This document shows, piece after piece, positions 37,282 to 52,985 of a stretch of DNA of 64,000 nucleotides. The notes under the pieces were generated by a model, which had not been told where the DNA came from, did not search any database, and saw nothing but the letters and a program-made list of their open reading frames with translations. Position numbers and translations under genes: made by a program. Each line of letters starts with the position of its first letter. The first letter of the stretch is position 1. The stretch is taken from assembly GCF_009914755.1 (NCBI RefSeq), contig NC_060927.1; one strand, written 5' to 3'. The DNA is from the human T2T-CHM13v2.0 reference genome, Homo sapiens.

Positions 37282-40200
37282 GCGCCTTCGCTGTAGCAAA
37301 GCTCGGCCTCTGGAATTCTGAGAACTAATTTGCTATTCGGTGACATAAGAGGGGGAGTGCGCTTTGCTTTCCCGGGGTCTGGGGCTAATTCCTTCTTTCT
37401 TACCCATAAACTCAGCAGATCGAGCTAAATGCACAAAAGGGAGCGAGAGGTTTGAACCACTGGGAAAAGTATGTTATATATATAGTAGGGTTAGAGAGGC
37501 GAGTAAGAGAAAAATAAAATAAAATAAACATCACAGCTCTTTCCAACTAGAATATTAGGCACCACGAGAAAAATATTTGCCAAGCAGTTTTCGGTGGGTT
37601 CATTTGCTTTATTTTTATTTAGGACAGGGGTTTTTGCTGTTGTTCTGGGTTTTTTTCTTTCTGGTGTGGTGGCTTGGGATTTTTGGTTTCTGTATTTTGA
37701 TGGTTTATGGATTTTTGCTTCTGATTTTTTGCCTTTTGCAAGTTTGTGGTGTTACGTAAATCACAGGATCGGCATCGGTTGGATTTTTTTGTACGTGCCT
37801 TTTCTTTCCCTATCTAATCCCTCAAGCGTTTTAAAGATGTATTATTTCAATACTAATACTATTGAAAGAAGCTTAAATTTTTGGCCATATGTAACAATCC
37901 CAGCCCCCACTTTTTTTTTTTTTTTTTCCTTTGGTGCAATTTTCTTTTTCCCCCTTGGACTTTTGCTGAAGTGTGTCTCTCCTGCACTTCAGAGAAATGT
38001 TCAAAGGATTTGTTTTGGTTTGGTTTGTTTCTTTCCAGGACAGCAAGTGGTGGGTTTAATCTGTTATTGTTGACTCTTGGGAAATTTCTTGTTGCAAGAA
38101 ACGTGTGTGGGGGGGGGAGGGTGGGGGTGGCGGGGTGGTATGTGTGTGTTTTCTACAAAATTCTGTGAGCCAAATACCTGTTTGTGTTTTGTTTTCTCTT
38201 AAGGTCTTGAGATTTTTGTTTTCGAGGCTCGTTTCAAGGTCGTTGTAAAAAAATCTCTTCAGTCTGTGTTTAAGAGATCAGCCGGAGGGAATTCTAAAGG
38301 CCTGCCGTGCCAGTATCACAGATACTGCCTGTATTTAGAACAGACTGCCACAACTACAATGCACTACACGCAGCACAGTCTTCTTAGCTTTGAAGCTGAG
38401 TTGGGGGGTGGGGTGGGGGGGGGGGTAGAGAAGAAGGAGAAATTCTTTCCTTCTCTTTTTCTCTATTACTTTCTTTTTAAAGGCAATTGCAGTGCAGAAT
38501 CATTTCATTGTGGGTCCTAGTTTGTTTGTTCAGAGCTGCTAGTTTCCTTATTTAAATGTTGGTTCGGGTTTTTTCCCCTCCTACTCATCCCTGAATAAGG
38601 GAGACTCTTGTTTCTTTTATGTCTCTCTCTTAAAAGAAGGGTGTGAGGGGAAAATAATATTTCAGATTCCTCAAGAATTAGCCCAAAATGTTTGGACCAG
38701 AAGCAGCTTTCAAAGGTCAGGCTGTTCTGAGCCTTGGCTATGAGAGTCCTTCAAGCGACTTATTAAATTACAGATGAATTCTTAAAGCTTCCACAAAATC
38801 TCGTCACTTGTTAATTTCTAATAAAGATATGTCTAAAATAATCTACCTATCTCAACCCAAAATTTGGGTTTATAATGGAGGAGTGATCAGAGCTGTGAAA
38901 GATTGCTGTTTGCTGGGATATTTGGAAAATCTCTTTCATTGACAGTCCCGTAAGAAGTTCCATCTATCACCGAAAATGTTGTTGGCAATGCACCCCCCTA
39001 CCCCACAACACACACACATTTTTAAAGGCTGTATTTTAGGTTTTAAAACCCAGAAAGGTGCAAAGAGGTTGATTATTTTCCACAAGGGCTGGAGCTTAGG
39101 AAATATGCGTTAAAGTGTCTGTCCCTGTGAAATCTGAATATTTTAATACTTATTGACAGATGGATTACTGCAGCCTCTGCAGAAAAGCCTGTCTTGTGAA
39201 CGGTTTTTGAAAAATATACATAGGCCTAATCCTGTCACTGTTGTTGAAATGTACGTTTCACCCCCAAAGACACATGATATTGTCAAGTTCAGATTTATTC
39301 TGCCAGAAGGCAGACTATCTGCTTTTTCATTTGAGTCCCCTTCCTGCTCATTTTCAAAGAAATTAAAATGAATCCCGCTGGATGCAAAATGACACCCCGA
39401 TTTTGTGGAAGGGATTTTCTTTGTGTGTTTATATGTGTAATTTTTTCTTTTATGAGCAATTAGCACTTTAGGATTTCTCAGACGTATCTATATGGTTTGG
39501 AATGTGAATTGTATGGCTCTGCCTTACTATTGGGCCCTCAAAAGATTATTTTTATGATTTTTGGTCACTTTTTTCTTTGTCAAAACTGCCATTCAGCCTC
39601 ATCCACCGCCCCCCTCAACCTGAAACACAGCTTGTCCCTCCTGTGTTCCCTTTGCCACTCCACTCTTAGCCCCATGGGGGCGCTGCAGAGCAAAGGGAAA
39701 TCTGCTCTCTAAGGCAGTAGTAGAACCAGCCAGAGTGGGGGCTGGGAAGGAATTCACCCTTCTCATACCTCAGCCCTCTTTAATTCTCTGCAGTGAGCCC
39801 CTAGAGGGAGAACCCACCAGGGCTGGTTCATATATAATTAACCTCATCACCAGGGACCTCAAATCTTCCCAGCATATTATTTCTGGGACCAAGTGCCAGA
39901 GTGCCACATTTTCCTACTGCTTTTTGCCAAATCAATGTGTTTACACTGAAAGAAATTGACCAGAACAGAAGACCAGTTAGAAAGAAAGAGAAAATCATTA
40001 TTGAAAATTTTCTAAAGATAGGCACTTACTTTTCGGTGAGTCTCTTTTACTTTGAACTGAATGAATGGTGAGGAAAATTGTGCACCCGCCTCTCAATCTC
40101 TTTTCAATTCCTAGGAAAGTAACTTTGTCAAATATTATACCAGTTGAATTTCTTCCAGAATGTCATTTCTTCTTTCATTCTTGACCTCTCCTCAGTATCC

Positions 40201-42122
40201 AGTTGGCATCACTCTGTGGGCCTCCCTCACTCCCGCAGTGCCGTGTTACAGGATTAAAGAAAGGGCTGACTTGAACGTATTCTGATTCTTTTAAATCATC
40301 CTTAAGAAGCTCTAAAGAGTGATTCCATGTCTGGGGTCGTATGAATAATTCCTGCAGACTTCGGGGCACTACATTTCAACTAGTCCCATGATTTAATGGT
40401 TACTGGCTGCTAATACTCAGTAGAGGACCAGGCCAACCTCTTTGCCTCATGGACTGGGCATAAGAATAGGTCCCTGATCATTGCTGCTGGGTAAATATAA
40501 GCTTTATTACAAAATAAAATAGCCTGGTCCTAATATTACATCTATTTGAGGAAAAGAACAGACTTCACATCCAATTCCCCCTTGCAAAACCTTCCCCACA
40601 ATTCAGTCATAGCTGAAAAAGAACCTATCCTTGGAATAAACACGGTTCTGTCCTCTTTCTAAGGGGGCTCACAAGAGGAAGTTGGTTTCACCTGTCAGGA
40701 ACCTCTGGCACCTTGGTAGGTCTTTAAGATACCACATCATAGGACTAAAGATTTTAAAACTGGGAAGACTTTTTCAAATCAATCACCTTCTCTAGGCTTT
40801 CTTCTTTCAGGATTATAGGCTGGGTCTTCACTAGGAGCATGTGTGACCCCAGGAACACAACTGAAAATGGGTCTGCATGATTTGCTGGCCCTCTGTCATT
40901 TTAGAGGATCAGTGTAATCTGACAACTTGAGTCTGTAGGTGGATATCTTGTGTCCTTGTAGAACTGAGGGAAGCAAGGCTGCCATGGTCTCTTTGTAAAC
41001 TGCAAAACTCAGAGCGAACTCCAAGTCATGATGAGTTTTGATGGTCATTTGGGTTTATTTATGCCTCTCAGCTACATTGAAGTACTTGGCACTGCTTTTG
41101 ATAGATTTGGGAGACACTATCTATCAGACTTGTTAAATTTTACCTGTTCGTTTTATTTCAAATCCTTCATTTAGAACTGTTGTAAACAAGCTTTTTGTAG
41201 TATCCTTGGAGAAAGAAAGGCGTTTTTAACATAGCAAGATGAGCAGAAAGTTTTGAGACATTAAAAAAGTGTATAATTTCCAGCTACTGCCTTCTGAAAA
41301 GGAAGTATCAGTGTTTAATTTTCATCCATATGCTGCCTGCTTTTAGCCTTTATTGTTCTGAGATTTTTTTTTCCTTTAGAAACCTTTTCAGCCTGGCTCA
41401 GAGTTTACCCCCAAACACTAATTTTCCACACTTTTTTCACTTATTTAAAATGGGAATAAATATCAGAAGCTTAAAATAGAGAAGTGATGGGGGTTAGGGG
41501 GTGTGTAATGATTTGTTTATTGCGTTCGATCGCTGTTTTGAATAGCAGAGTTTTCACTTCCTATGAAACCTTAGCATGAAGGAAAGCAGCAGCTGGACTC
41601 TGAGAGGGATGAGGGAAGGAAAGCACTTGAGTGTTTGTAAACTCAGGGTGGCTGGTCCACCCGCTGCCGTTGCCGGGCTGCTGGCTGCTGTACTTAGCTG
41701 TCTCTACTACCTAAGGCTAGAAGTGGAAAAACTTGATTTGCGTGTTGTGCCTGCATTTTTTTTTTCTTCTCCCCACCGCCCTCTTGTACACCTGACCATG
41801 CAGAAGCCTATCTGAAGCCAGCTCGATGGCAGGGAGAGCTGGAGAGCGGAAGAATGTGCGGAGGGAGGGAGGGCTCGGTACTTTTCCATTCACATCTCCA
41901 CAGTGGCTTTTCTTGTTTATTTCAACCTCCACCGGCAGAAACCTTTCAGCTGCCTGAAATTCAAGTCATTATACTGTTACCTGAGGTCAGAAGACAGACA
42001 CTTTGGTGCACGTTTCCTACATGTCAGTGTCTGTGTAACTTATGTACGTACAGAGACACAGACACACAAATGTGACTCCACGGGGGCACAGTGTAGGGAG
42101 AAAAAAAAACACTGTATTTGTT

Positions 42123-42126
<4 letters not shown>

Positions 42127-42160
<34 letters not shown>

Positions 42161-42178
42161 GCGCGCGCACACACACAC
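42127..42178. repeat. (CA)n(CG)n(CA)n microsatellite
   Basis: Uninterrupted purine-pyrimidine alternation with a CG core. Confidence 0.95.
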
Positions 42179-43549
42179 AAACCCTTGGTTTCTAATTACA
42201 GCTGTGCCTGAAACTCTTTATGGGACATTGAGCAAAGCCACTTGTGAGGACTCCGTTTCCTCAGCTGTGTGAAGGAATAGCCCCGATGATTTGAGGGATG
42301 CCGGTCTGCGCTTAGTTCTGTACCTTTACATTTCAAAACATATTTACAGAACTGTGCGAGAGGAGTGGAAAGGAGCTGTGTGTATATGTGTACCTGGGGC
42401 TAGGGAAGGAGTTAAAATGTAAACTTCTAAGTAAAGAAGGCAGTCCCAGAATCCTCACTCTATCAATTTTTAACCAATTGTAGACCAAAGTCTGGGATTT
42501 TGCTGAGTGGGTTCAAAAGCCAATTGAAGATTTTAAACGTTAAGAGGTGGAGGAAGTAGGTTCTAAGACCTTGCACCTTTGATCTCCAGCATTCATAATC
42601 AAATGTGACAGTTCCCAAGTGTCTTTTCTGCCCTATATTTCCTTTTTTATTTTCCTTCTATTTGTTTTTGCAAATTGTCCCCATCAATGATAGGAAGGAG
42701 ATGACATTTGTACACTGGGTAGTATATGGATGTAAAAAACACATCATAACATTCAAGGGAAGGAAGGGAGGGAGGGAGAGCATAAGAGAGGGAGGCAGAG
42801 AGGAGAGAAGGAAGGAAGAGAAAAAGAAAAAAATAAAAACCTAGAGAGAGATTCCTGGTAAGAAACTTAGAGGTGGCTCAGCCATCACTGCATTAAAGGT
42901 AATTATTTGAAGTCAGAGGAAAAAGCAGATGAGGAGTTTTCCCTTACTAAAGGAAAAAAAAAAAAAAGAGGAAGAAGTCTTGATCTATCAGAACATGAAA
43001 CCAATGAAAGAGATACTTTCCATCAATATTTTTTATACTTTTTTGATCTTCATTCTTTAAAAAGAAAGGTCTAAAGTTTCTCAGGCCCGATTGTCTAGAC
43101 TATCTAAAGCCTTTAACAGGTCTTGGCATTCCCAAAAAATAATAAAATGACTCTGATTTATTAGCCGCGACCTCCGCACCCCCATGCCTCCACTGGTTTA
43201 GACTTTCTGGAATATTAGGCCTGTATACAAAGACTAGTGGAGCCAATTGTATTCCCCCAGTGTAAGTCTGTTGAAAATTATAGTGTGCTAGAACTGGGAG
43301 GGCCTTTAGCCATTATCCAATCTGATGTTCCTGATTTTGTATCATTGGAAATTGAGGCCCAGACACAATCCACTTGCTATATATGCTATAACACTAACAC
43401 AGCTGGATTCAGAACTTTCATGCCCTATTTCTAAATCCAGTATGCTTTTCTTATGGCATATTATGGAAAGAGTGTAAGGGGTTGGCAGCCTTGCAAGAGC
43501 CATTTATTGTGGCCACACATCCAAAGAAGGCCTCAAATTTGGACTTTTG

Positions 43550-43857
43550 GGCCAGACACAATGACTCACAACTGTAGTCCCAATACTTTGTGAGGCTGAG
43601 GTGGGAAGATCACTTGAGACCAGGGATTCAAGACCAGCTTGGGCAACGTAGACCCTGTCTCTAAAAAAATGGAAGAAAAAAAAAATAGCCAGGCATGATG
43701 GCACATACTTGTAGTGCTAGCCACTTGGGAGGCTGAGGCAGGAGGATTTCTTGAACCCAGGAATTTGAGGCTGCAGTGAGCTATGATGGCACCACTCCAG
43801 CCTGGGCCACAGAGTAAGACCCTGTCTCAAAATAAAGAAAGAAATAAATAAATAAAA
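43550..43857 (+). mobile_element. AluJ
   Basis: Diverged Alu with gaggctgcagtgagctatgat and agtaagaccctgtctc J-type features. Confidence 0.88.
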
Positions 43858-44078
43858 TTAGACTTTTGATATTATCTCCACTGAGGCTATACATCTCTCT
43901 TTCAATCCTAACAGGACTGAAAGAAGATGACCATCATATGCAAGTTTTGTGTGTGGGATCCAGTGTAGGACCACAGGCTCCTATGACACCATGATTGAAT
44001 GTTGTTAATAATCTATAATTGTTTTATGAATAGTGCAATTGTATTGTAGTTGTGTGGGTGCTGGTGTTAAAAATATAA

Positions 44079-45735
<1,657 letters not shown>

Positions 45736-45838
45736 CCTGGAGGAGATATCTATATCTCTATATATCATATAGAGATATAGATAGATATCTATAGATATCT
45801 ATAGAGGTATAGATAGATACGTATATCATATAGAGATG

Positions 45839-45880
<42 letters not shown>

Positions 45881-47411
45881 CTGGAGGATATATATATATA
45901 ATTTTCAATACCAGAAACCTCCAAAAAGTGACCCAGATCTCTCCTGAAATCTGGGAGATCCTGCTTCTCACTCATTTTCCTAGAATAGAGTCAGAGAAAT
46001 GGGGCACCTCATTTATTCTTTTAGTTTACTAATTTACTCCATTTCTGTATGCCACCATCTGCATAACCATCAGGAGAATACTAGAGAGGCACCAAAGCCC
46101 AAATGTTGTTGTTGGGGTAGATGGCTCAAGCCACTTCGTGGACCCCCATATTCAAAATTTCTCTGTGGAAACCCACTAAGGAAACAGTGCTCTCAAAGAT
46201 CTTGTCATCAGTTTATATGGGGCATGCAGAACTTAGAGATTCATTCATGAAGTTGGGGGAGCCCCAAGAGATTCCAAGAGTGTCTGCTATTTCATTGCAC
46301 AACTCCAATAGAACTGTGGATCTCATCAGAGTTATGAGTCTCGGTGTCTACAGAGGAGAAGCTCCTATCAGACCCCTTAACCCTATGAGTTTGTCTGCAT
46401 TATCTGAGTACAACCCAATTCTCTAAATTCTGAAAGCATCTATCTTCATCTTTCGGCTTACCAGTTCTACAGTTGAGAAAGGTCCAGAGAGGAAAGCAAT
46501 TTGCAAACACCACTTAGCAAATTGGTGGCAGAGCTGATTCCCATCACCAGTTCACCCCGAATCATTTATTTTGTTGCAGTATCCACTTTGGTAAACTGAG
46601 GCCTGTTATTGTATTGATGTACATTATGACTTCAAAGATGCTTTTTTAATTTCTAACCAATTGTCAGTTATCAATGGCTTTTACTTCTAATGCTGCACTT
46701 GAGTTTTAAGTGTCTCTTCTCTTCTTCCCTTCATGTTTTCTGACATCTATTGGCCTCTCTGCCAAGTAGTTATAAGATCTTTGAACTAACACTTATATTC
46801 ACTGTGAAAGCCAACATTTAAATAACTCTTGGTGAAGTGCAGTGAGACTAGGTCCTACTGTGTTGATTAGTATGACTTTTTCAGATATATTGGCCACATA
46901 TACCAAGAATCATAAATATAAGCAGACCCTTTGACCCAGAGATTCCACTTCTAGGAATCTATCTTTAATGCATAATTCAACATACAGGAAAAATCAGTGA
47001 ATGAGTATATGCATCCTAGCGCTGTATTCTAACAACAAAAAATTTGAACAACCTACATGTCCTATCATGACTAGGCTGGAAGAAAGAATGTTGGATGAAG
47101 AATGATTAAGTAAATTACAATACAACTAATTTCGAAAAATTAGAATTGAAAGATACTTATGGTAATATGTAAAGTGGAAAGAAGTAGAATATGTATATAG
47201 AGATATATGCATATTATATATCTATATAATATTTGTATACAGTATATTCACAGCAATTTTTAAAAATATATTCTTTGTAGAAAATAGACTGGATGTAAAT
47301 AATAGTACACAATTGACAAAAATATTTACAGTAGCTCTCTTACAGTAGTAGGATTATGAACGCTTTTCTCGCCTTTATTCTTTTTTTATCTTCCAAAATG
47401 CTTAATATCTA

Positions 47412-47430
47412 TTATCTATCTATCGATCTG

Positions 47431-47464
<34 letters not shown>
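47412..47464. repeat. (TATC)n / GATA tetranucleotide STR
   Basis: tatctatctatcgatctgtctatctatctatc... Confidence 0.9.
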
Positions 47465-48061
47465 CCACAAACACACACTCAAGAAATAAAAAGCCCTAAT
47501 TGAAGCCTTTTAAATGCAAACAATTAGTCCCGTTATTCACAGGTTTGAATATCTGACTTAAAGTTGAAGCCACCTACATGTTTAGGGACTACAGCAAAAG
47601 TCGAAAGTATCCACACACGCTTGGAGAAGACCTTTCACTTTAGGAGACATTTGTCTCCATGCCAACAAAATGTCACTCTTTCTGAACACATTGACCATAA
47701 TGAGATGCAGTAGACTCTGTAGGTCTTGCACCCTTTATCATACTGTGATTATCTTGTTTTTTGGTGTTTCATGGCATTTGCAAATGTTAAAGGTTTTCCT
47801 GGTTATTATATGAGGCCACTCATGAGCTCTCCTTGTAGATAGAACTTTTTGGGGTCTATAAGTGACTTTTTAACATTTTTATAATGTTTGGTCAGTGAAT
47901 GCTGAGGAAAAAAATTTCAAGTGAACTATCTCAATGTTTTTTTCATCAGAGAATCAATCACAGAGCTGATAAGAAGACCCATTCATTGGGTCTCTGGTCT
48001 TAAAGAAGGGCATAAAGGTAGGCATCAGAATCTAAAGGCTATGGTAAAAGAAAAGTGTGAG

Positions 48062-48180
48062 CAAAAAAAAGAAAAAGAAAGAAAAGAAAGGAAAAGAAAA
48101 GAAGAGGAGAGGGGAGGAGAGAAGAGAGAAGGGGAGGGGAAGAGAGGAGAGGAGAAGAGAGGAGAGGAGAGGAGAGGGCA
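48062..48180. repeat. Polypurine (GAAA/GAGAG) low-complexity tract
   Basis: ~115 nt of only A/G on the plus strand. Confidence 0.9.
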
Positions 48181-50732
48181 AAAGAATCTAAGGGCGAGGG
48201 TAAGAAGCATATGGGCCTGATAAGGCCCTTCTCCCTTCAACTGCTGATGGGATTCTGCATGCTCAGGTCACTGTCTTCACTCTCACATTCACTCGTTCAA
48301 ACAACATGCATTTCACTGACTGCTGCTTGTGAGGTAGACACTGTGCTAGATGCTAGTGAAACAAATACGAATAAAATACGGGCCCCTGACTCCACAGGGC
48401 ACATAGTCTACTGAGGAAACAACAGCCCAGAAAGGTTCTGAAACTTGCTTTAGGTTTTGCAAAAGATAGTCCTTGAGCCATGATTGGCCTCCAAATGTCC
48501 GGACTCTGCTCCCAGTAAAACTCTATAGCCCCTTCTCAGAGGCTGTTCCCTGACCCCAATCCCCCATCAGGGTGAGGCATTGAGTCCTTCCCTGTGCAGT
48601 TTCAGCCACTTTGAGTGGTTCATCTAGTATTTATTGGAATGACGGATAACCCAGCCACGTCAACATACCATTGATTGGCAACCAACACCTAATGCAGGAA
48701 GATCTGCAAACAGGAAGACACAACAGAACCTCAGCTTTCTCTACACCATCATCACCATGTTGTCTCAGCCTTTGGACCGGAGCCTTACTGCAAGAATGCT
48801 CATTCCCCCAGTGAGACTAGAGCCCTGTATTGGACTGCAGGCCTCTACTCCTGCTTAACTTTTGTCAGCCCTCTCATTGGAGAGCCTGGATCCTGATTTT
48901 GATAGCTTCTTGTGTTTGGTACCCATCAGGTTCTACCATGAGCAGACAGATCACCCAGCATTATGCTATTCCAAAGCACACAACCTCAATTAATGTCCAC
49001 AGTCTGGACTCCAGAACCAAACACTACCCCTAGCAGGGACTTGACATATAGTAGATCCTGATGCCTACTCAACTAAGACCAAGTTCACCTCAGCTCTCTG
49101 GGCATTCCAGACCTTTGGGTGATAGACTGACAACAGGTAATATCTCCAGGTGCCAGTTCTGCACCCAGACCAATTTCCACAGCATCCTATTTTCCATGGC
49201 CCATCCTGCCTCAGGGTTGGGTCTGTCTGCCAGAAGTTGTAACCACTTATTTTCTGTGGCCAGGCAAGGGCAAGATGACATAATGGCACATGCATAATGC
49301 CACCAGACAAGATTTAAGCAATGTTACAATTAGCTGAAGTCCAGCAGCTTTCAATATCTAAACATCAAGTTGTTCAGACCAACCTTGCCCTTTGGAGGCA
49401 CTGGCACTAAAATGCCAGCAAATTGCTCAGTAGAAAATGGGACAGAAAAAAATATTAGTAATGATGCTACTGAAGGCCACAATTTGGGAAGGCATATAAA
49501 GAAGACTTGATGATTTGATGATGAATCAATCAATCAAGCCCTTCAGGTCCTCTCACTTCTTTCCAGTCTTATCTTCTACCACAATTTTCTACACCAGATT
49601 CCTCAGCATTTTCCAAGGATCCATGCACTTTCTTCCTCTCCAACCCAAGCCTTGCTCTCTGCCTTTCTTTGCTAAACTATAAGCTTCTCAAGGACATAGG
49701 TACTTTGTTTTCGTTTTCTTAGAATTGTGTTCATTACATGGTGCTCACTTAGAAAATGTTGATTCAATTAAAGTAGGTAAAACTGAAATAGAATTCAATG
49801 TGGGATCTGAGAATCTGGGTTTCAGTTAAATCTCCACAACTGACTAACTCCTGTGGGTCTCAGTTTCTTGTTCTCTAAAATGGTACTTTCTGTAAAGGGA
49901 GTACATTGTAGGATTTTCATGGGAATCAAGCACAATGGAGGAGAAAATACTTTGAAAATCATAATTCACAGTTCTAAGTGACTGATGAATGAATGAACGG
50001 ACTAATGAGTGAACTATTGCAGTTAAGTAAAGCCATCAGGTTATTAAGTAACAGAGTCTGAGGCTTGGATTGTATCTGGAGAACAATGTATTTAAAGTGT
50101 CCTGTCTTGACTTTGTAACCATCCTCAAATACAATTATTTCACTTCCCAAAATCTTTTAACCCTTTAAGTATAGGAAGACATATGTTGCTACTAAGGATT
50201 CATACTGATCCAAAGAGGATTAAAAAAAAAACCACCAGAAAGCCTTCTTGTTCTTGAAATGCAGAATTGGAAATGAACCATTTCCCAGTAGTGGGAACTG
50301 AAATCCAGTATTAGATCCTCCTTTTTGGTACCTTCTTCCTCTTTCTTCCCCCTCTTTTTACCTTAGCTCCTCCCCATCCCTCTCCTCTACCCAAATGGAA
50401 AAAAAATCAGTTGTTTTGAGCTCTCTTCAGTCTTAGATAAAGGTATAAGCAAAAGCCAAATTTATTAGGGCTGTTTTATAAGATCAACAAGGTGGTTATT
50501 TATAAATTGTTTAAGCAATTGAGTTGATGAGTGAGTTATCAAAACAAAGAGGTAATTTCTTATCAAAAGCCTAAAAGACAGGAAATGCCCTGGTCCTGCT
50601 AAGAGAATTCCTAAATCTATCCTTCCAACCTCTGCAACAAATGCAGAGTGGATCCCATGAATGTCAAGGTGAATATAAGAAGGGATTAGGAGCAAGTTGG
50701 TTTTGATAGGAATGAAAGAAAATACGAGCACA

Positions 50733-50885
50733 AGCCAGAAAACGGTGGCTCATGCCTGTAGTTCCAGTGACTCGGGAGGCTGAGATGGGAGGATCTCTTG
50801 AGGCCTGAAGTTCAAGGCTGCCGTGAGCTATGATCATGCCACTGCACTTCAGCCTGAATGACAGAATGAAACCCTGTCTTCAAAC
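50733..50885 (+). mobile_element. Alu monomer (FAM/FRAM-like)
   Basis: ggtggctcatgcctgtagttccag..ggaggctgagatgggaggat..gtgagctatgatcatgccactgcact. Confidence 0.8.
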
Positions 50886-51446
50886 AATGACAGCAAACCC
50901 AAAATGATGAGTATAGGGACTGGAGAGAAGCAGTAAGGACTTTTCATTCCAGTAACGGAATCAGGCAACCAACAGGCAGATGAAGCAACAGACATTTATT
51001 AGTGTTTTAAGAAAAAAATAAAGAGAGAAAAACTACTCAAAAACCCATTTCCTACTTTCTGTAGTCTGTAACAGTAGGTAACTAAATGGAATAAGAAGTC
51101 CAGTAGACTCAACAGGAATAGGTACATGACAGCTTCCACAGAGACCAGGCATGGAGGTGGTCGTAGCACAGGAAAACTCCTGGAATCAGGAGCTGTCTGC
51201 TCATACTTGTTAGTTTTGCCAGCACCAAGCCCATGCTTATTTATTTTTGGATTCCTAGAGGTGGGAGGGAGAGAATGCTGATGTATATGGCATAAAAACT
51301 GCAATCTTAAAGATTAAAATAAATTAATGAAAACCTTTTTAAATAAACATAAAAATTCCAAAGTGGATGAGCTGGGACAAAATCAGGAATCCTGGGCAAC
51401 ATTCATGCTGAGTGAGGCTAGGCACCTCCTCCACATAGTTTCTTTC

Positions 51447-51477
<31 letters not shown>

Positions 51478-52025
51478 TCCGTTTTTCCACCCATTCTGTT
51501 CCCAACACCTCTCACCCAAACATACCTGTGGAAGCCACATTCCTTCACAAAGCTAAATATAGCTGGGGGGAGCAAAGCACAGGGGACATCATACCAAACT
51601 TCTCTACTCAACCCTGAAAACCTGGAAGGTTCAGTAAGAGAATGGAGGAGTGCTACAAGATACTAGGAGTTAAGAACTGAAAAAATTAGAGAAATGGGAC
51701 ATAGTCAACTCTATTTCCTCATTCATTGCCCACTTGATTGCACTTTTTCAGCATGGAATAAACATGTATTCATATCATTAGATCTTACTAATATGCATAC
51801 ACAAAGGTTATAAACTTAACCACCAATCATGAATTGAGCACCTACTCTATGCTAAGCACTGGGATAGACTTTGCAGATGCAAAGAACAATGCAGACCCAT
51901 TCCTAGGGTAGCTCAGAATATAGTTGAGTAGACAAGCATTACACAAGCAAATCCACAGATGAGTATTTTATTATGAAGTATGATAACTGAGATACAGGAA
52001 ATCAGGTGCTATAAGATGAGGGAAG

Positions 52026-52351
<326 letters not shown>

Positions 52352-52681
52352 CTACATGTACAGAGCTCTCTAGTAAACTTTAAACTGGGATTTGAAAAAG
52401 GAAGATGGGTTAGTCAGGCCAAGAGTGAGGGGAAAGTGTGCCAGGCAGAGGAAACAGAGACCAGACAACACTAAAGTGGGTAAAATTGTGACATGTTCAG
52501 AGACCTGAAAGAGGCCAGCATGGTGGAAGATAAAGTTGGAGGGAGAATCAAGATCATTTAGGCCTTCATAGACCATGGTCAGGAATTTATAGTTTAAGTG
52601 TATCAAGAAGCCATTTAAGGGTTTTATGCAGGATGGTGACATGATTGACATGATCTGTTTTACATTTTAAGAAAAGGATCA

Positions 52682-52985
<304 letters not shown>

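Larger units (their letters stand above)
35140..37330. promoter_or_regulatory. BCL6: Promoter/5' intron 1 CpG islands; region of BCL6 translocation breakpoints and somatic hypermutation
   Basis: CpG-dense blocks either side of exon 1; clustering of breakpoints and mutations around exon 1/5' intron 1 is established knowledge, exact limits not derivable. Confidence 0.8.

Noticed and set aside
37474-37485. TATATATATA as the BCL6 TATA box or a MEF2 site
   Set aside because: About 240 bp from the long-form TSS, too far for a TATA box, and not an exact YTAW4TAR match
37594-38073. 159-aa hydrophobic ORF resembling a membrane protein
   Set aside because: Phe/Leu/Val bias comes from the T/G-rich low-complexity strand; begins at a non-ATG codon
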